Below, piece after piece: positions 1-1,095 of a stretch of 1,095 nt of DNA. Below the pieces are notes generated by a model. That model was not told the origin of the DNA. It was given only the letters and a program-made list of their open reading frames with translations, and did no database searches. The DNA lies in the NCBI GenBank assembly GCA_000004985.1, contig GG739564.1. One strand, 5' to 3'. The stretch's first letter is position 1, and the number at the start of each line of letters is the position of its first letter. A program made the translations under genes and the position numbers. Origin of the DNA: Naegleria gruberi (Eukaryota).

Positions 1-16
1 ATTAAGTGCAAATAAG

Positions 17-25
17 GAGGTGAGT
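17..25 (+). other. Candidate 5' splice donor GAG|GTGAGTA. Alternatively it is a chance match. It overlaps a Shine-Dalgarno look-alike.
   Basis: AAGGAG|GTGAGTAT at 14..27 matches the donor consensus at all 9 positions. The ORF has no ATG until 65. The stretch 20..50 is very AT-rich and ends ...TTTATTAAAG (49..50 = AG). Confidence 0.2.
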
Positions 26-64
26 ATTAATTGGAATTTATTTATTAAAGAAAATGAACAGTCA

Positions 65-835
65 ATGAGAGTACCTGGACCAGTTTATGATCCATCCTAT
101 CGATTGTCAATTACATCATCACCTTCATTCTCTTTTGGAAGAAGAACACCACTGCCAAGTGATCAAGTACTTCTTGAACATCCTGGGTTAACAGATTACA
201 ACAAACAATTCGTTTCTCATTCTTTTTCCCTTCAGGGCAAAGATAGAGAAGTTGACCCAAATATTACATATAACGCTCCAAGAGCAAGATTTTTGGGAGA
301 TCAATTTTTGAACGAGAACCTGGGAAGAGCATCTCCAGGACCAAAGTATAATATAACTCAAAGTTTTGTCATTCCATCCAAGAGACATGTTGAGGAAGAT
401 CACATCCTGACATTCAAAGCTAAAGAAAAGAAAAAGAAGGACAAACCGATTCCTACACAAGTTTATCCTGGTTATAGTATTTCCAAGGCTTCTGCTCAAA
501 TTACTGAAAGTCCTGGGTGTGTTTACACTCCAAAAACAGATTTCTCGTCACGAGTCCCAAGAGTATGCAGCCCTGTAATGAAAGTAGCAAAACCAGTGGA
601 TAACAGAAAAGCTCCTGAAATTTATCCTCAATTAAGAAATCCAAATCTTACAGCACTTTCAAATGTCCCAACTTCAACAGTACCAAAGTTCATAAGAACT
701 GGAAATACTGTTGGTGTTAGAACTCCTCCTCTGATTTCCCATTCTCCTGGTCCAGTTTATAAAGTTGACTGGGAATCATTGGAAAAGAATGCAAAGAAAG
801 GTTTACCTGGAGGTAAGTTTGGAGGCCTTTCGTAA
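65..835 (+). CDS. STPG/SHIPPO-repeat protein (ODF3-like, sperm-tail PG-rich repeat family). It is probably a single large exon. The 5' boundary is uncertain: the frame is open from 20 but the first in-frame ATG is at 65. The 3' end is either TAA 833..835 or a splice donor at 812|813.
   Basis: The track gives a 271-aa open frame (20..835), the only long one in the window. The translation carries repeated PGP-x-Y and P-S-F-S-F-x-G-R motifs: VPGPVYDPSY...SPSFSFGRR, HPGLTDYNKQFVSHSFSLQGK, NAPRARFLGD, SPGPKYNITQSF, YPGYSISKAS, SPGCVYTPKTDF, TVPKFIRTGN, SPGPVYKVDW. They closely resemble ODF3 as I recall it (SPGPKYLIP / SPGPRYNVNPK / PAYSFRG / PSFSIKGR). The coding region is less AT-rich than the spacer that follows it. 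Codon third positions are A/T-biased throughout. Confidence 0.65.
   Translation: MRVPGPVYDPSYRLSITSSPSFSFGRRTPLPSDQVLLEHPGLTDYNKQFVSHSFSLQGKDREVDPNITYNAPRARFLGDQFLNENLGRASPGPKYNITQSFVIPSKRHVEEDHILTFKAKEKKKKDKPIPTQVYPGYSISKASAQITESPGCVYTPKTDFSSRVPRVCSPVMKVAKPVDNRKAPEIYPQLRNPNLTALSNVPTSTVPKFIRTGNTVGVRTPPLISHSPGPVYKVDWESLEKNAKKGLPGGKFGGLS
74..90 (+). repeat. DNA-level copy 1 of the PGPVY repeat core (CCTGGACCAGTTTATGA). It pairs with 746..762.
   Basis: 15 of 17 nt are identical to 746..762 (CCTGGTCCAGTTTATAA). These encode the first (VPGPVYD) and last (SPGPVYK) SHIPPO units. Confidence 0.5.
746..762 (+). repeat. DNA-level copy 2 of the PGPVY repeat core. It pairs with 74..90.
   Basis: See the paired feature. 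Related copies with 'TCCTGGGT' occur at 181..188 and 511..518, and a related 'TCCAGGACC' copy at 333..341. Confidence 0.5.
810..819 (+). other. Candidate 5' splice donor GGAG|GTAAGTT. The exon would end at 812 in phase 1.
   Basis: This is a 9/9 match to the metazoan MAG|GTRAGT donor consensus. It sits 21 nt before the in-frame stop. A T-rich tract ending in TTTTTAG at 861..867 would give a 55-nt intron (813..867), typical of short-intron eukaryotes. Confidence 0.35.
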
Positions 836-839
836 TAAA
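834..839 (+). promoter_or_regulatory. AATAAA hexamer overlapping the TAA stop (cgTAATAAAttt). It is a candidate polyadenylation signal for the + strand gene.
   Basis: The motif is seen directly. A second AATAAA lies at 913..918. AATAAA is expected fairly often by chance in AT-rich DNA. Confidence 0.25.
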
Positions 840-875
840 TTTCGTTTTGATTCTCACTATTTTTTAGAAATTTAA

Positions 876-881
876 TTTATT
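876..881 (-). promoter_or_regulatory. AATAAA on the minus strand (TTTATT on +). It is a candidate polyadenylation signal for the convergent minus-strand gene.
   Basis: It lies 55 nt downstream (minus sense) of the TAG stop at 938..936, inside the AT-rich spacer. Confidence 0.2.
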
Positions 882-912
882 ACAATTTAATTGTCATTAA
901 GACTCGTGATTG

Positions 913-918
913 AATAAA
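913..918 (+). promoter_or_regulatory. Second AATAAA hexamer. It would be the relevant poly(A) signal if the 813..867 intron is spliced, because the spliced ORF would then stop at 873..875.
   Basis: The motif is seen directly. It lies 38 nt downstream of the alternative stop. Confidence 0.2.
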
Positions 919-921
919 TTG

Positions 922-941
922 CTGTAGATTGCTATCTACAG
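922..941. other. Perfect inverted repeat or hairpin: CTGTAGAT-tgct-ATCTACAG (8-bp stem, 4-nt loop).
   Basis: Read directly from the sequence. The right arm contains the TAG stop (938..936, minus strand) of the convergent ORF. It sits at the junction of the AT-rich spacer and that ORF. Confidence 0.6.
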
Positions 942-1094
942 AATGCTTACATATTTGTTAAGGTCTTTGCTCCATTCATAGTTTTCGTGAAGCCAGTCGT
1001 TCCTTTCTTTCCAGATGCTGGTGTTAGCTTTTGTGGTTTCTTTGATTATGATTTTGTGACATTCATTGCCAATGAAGTCTAGTTTTTGTCCAGT
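936..1094 (-). CDS. C-terminal fragment of an unidentified protein, convergent with the STPG gene. The N-terminal part lies beyond the right edge of the window. It translates as TGQKLDFIGNECHKIIIKETTKANTSIWKERNDWLHENYEWSKDLNKYVSIL*.
   Basis: On the minus strand, a frame of 52 codons is open from the window edge (1094) down to a TAG stop at 938..936. The other two minus frames hit stops within 5-11 codons. Amino-acid composition is protein-like: Lys, Glu and Asn are common and Trp is present. Base composition over 940..1095 is about 40% GC, similar to the STPG CDS and unlike the AT-rich spacer at 836..935. A plus-strand frame (918..1082) is also open across this region. It has no Met and is 20% Phe, so I treat it as the antisense shadow. 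Confidence 0.3.
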   Translation of the reverse strand, partial: TGQKLDFIGNECHKIIIKETTKANTSIWKERNDWLHENYEWSKDLNKYVSIL

Positions 1095-1095
1095 G

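Noticed and set aside
12-21. Perfect Shine-Dalgarno AAGGAGGTGA suggesting a bacterial ribosome-binding site
   Set aside because: No properly spaced in-frame ATG, GTG or TTG start follows: GTG 20 overlaps it and ATG 65 is 45 nt away. The same bases form a perfect eukaryotic splice-donor consensus. The encoded protein family is eukaryote-specific. I therefore regard it as a chance or U1-complementarity match.
188-499. 103-aa minus-strand ORF from the track (MSRSLGNTITRINLCRNRF...)
   Set aside because: It lies entirely antisense within the well-supported STPG coding region. It is hydrophobic with low complexity (LLFLFFSF) and contains no recognisable motif. It is most likely the usual antisense open frame of an AT-rich CDS.
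869-892. AATTTAATT x2 direct repeat in the spacer
   Set aside because: Short AT-only repeats like this are expected by chance in a stretch that is very AT-rich. There is no evidence of function beyond a possible contribution to poly(A)/3'UTR context.
918-1082. Plus-strand open frame (54 codons, ...FVKVFAPFIVFVKPVVPFFPDAGVSFCGFFDYDFVTFIANEV*). It is a possible second exon of the STPG gene via an acceptor at 981|982 (TCTTTGCTCCATTCATAG|).
   Set aside because: It contains no Met and has an extreme Phe/Val composition typical of the antisense of a Lys/Glu/Asn-rich gene. It is unlike the STPG repeat protein. The minus-strand reading of the same bases is more protein-like. It is kept only as an alternative in case transcript data contradict this.
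1076-1095. Window ends ...GTTTTTGTCCAGTG, which read on the minus strand (CACTGGACAAAAAC) resembles the CAGTG/CACTG...CCAAAAA termini of Tc1/mariner-type inverted repeats
   Set aside because: There is only a short partial resemblance and no matching opposite terminus or TA target duplication in the window. The minus-strand frame is open right through this end without a Met, so it behaves like the interior of a longer ORF and not like an element terminus. This cannot be supported without the flanking sequence.

Overview
This window does not look prokaryotic. Almost all of it (20..835, + strand) is one long open frame. Its product is a clear member of the eukaryotic sperm-tail PG-rich repeat family (STPG/SHIPPO; ODF3-like). 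It carries about six degenerate repeat units of the form [S/T/V]PG[P/C]xY...P(S/A)(F/Y)SFxGR. Examples: 'RVPGPVYDPSYRLSITSSPSFSFGRR', 'ASPGPKYNITQSFVIPSKRH', 'SPGCVYTPKTDFSSRVPR', 'HSPGPVYKVDW'. Human ODF3 has 'SPGPKYLIP', 'SPGPRYNVNPK', 'APAYSFRG' and 'PSFSIKGR'. The DNA is AT-rich. The ORF is flanked by two 9/9 matches to the eukaryotic 5' splice-donor consensus: AG|GTGAGT at 18..25 and AG|GTAAGTT at 811..819. AATAAA motifs sit at and just after the stop codon. I therefore read this as eukaryotic genomic DNA from an AT-rich invertebrate or protist with short introns. I cannot name the organism. After the ORF comes a roughly 100 bp spacer at 836..935 that is very AT-rich. Beyond it, on the opposite strand, a convergent open frame of at least 52 codons (936..1094) runs off the right edge of the window. 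Its stop codon lies inside a perfect 8-bp-stem hairpin (922..941). I see no defence system, mobile element, RNA gene or CRISPR array that I can support. Exact exon boundaries and the start codon cannot be fixed from this window alone.
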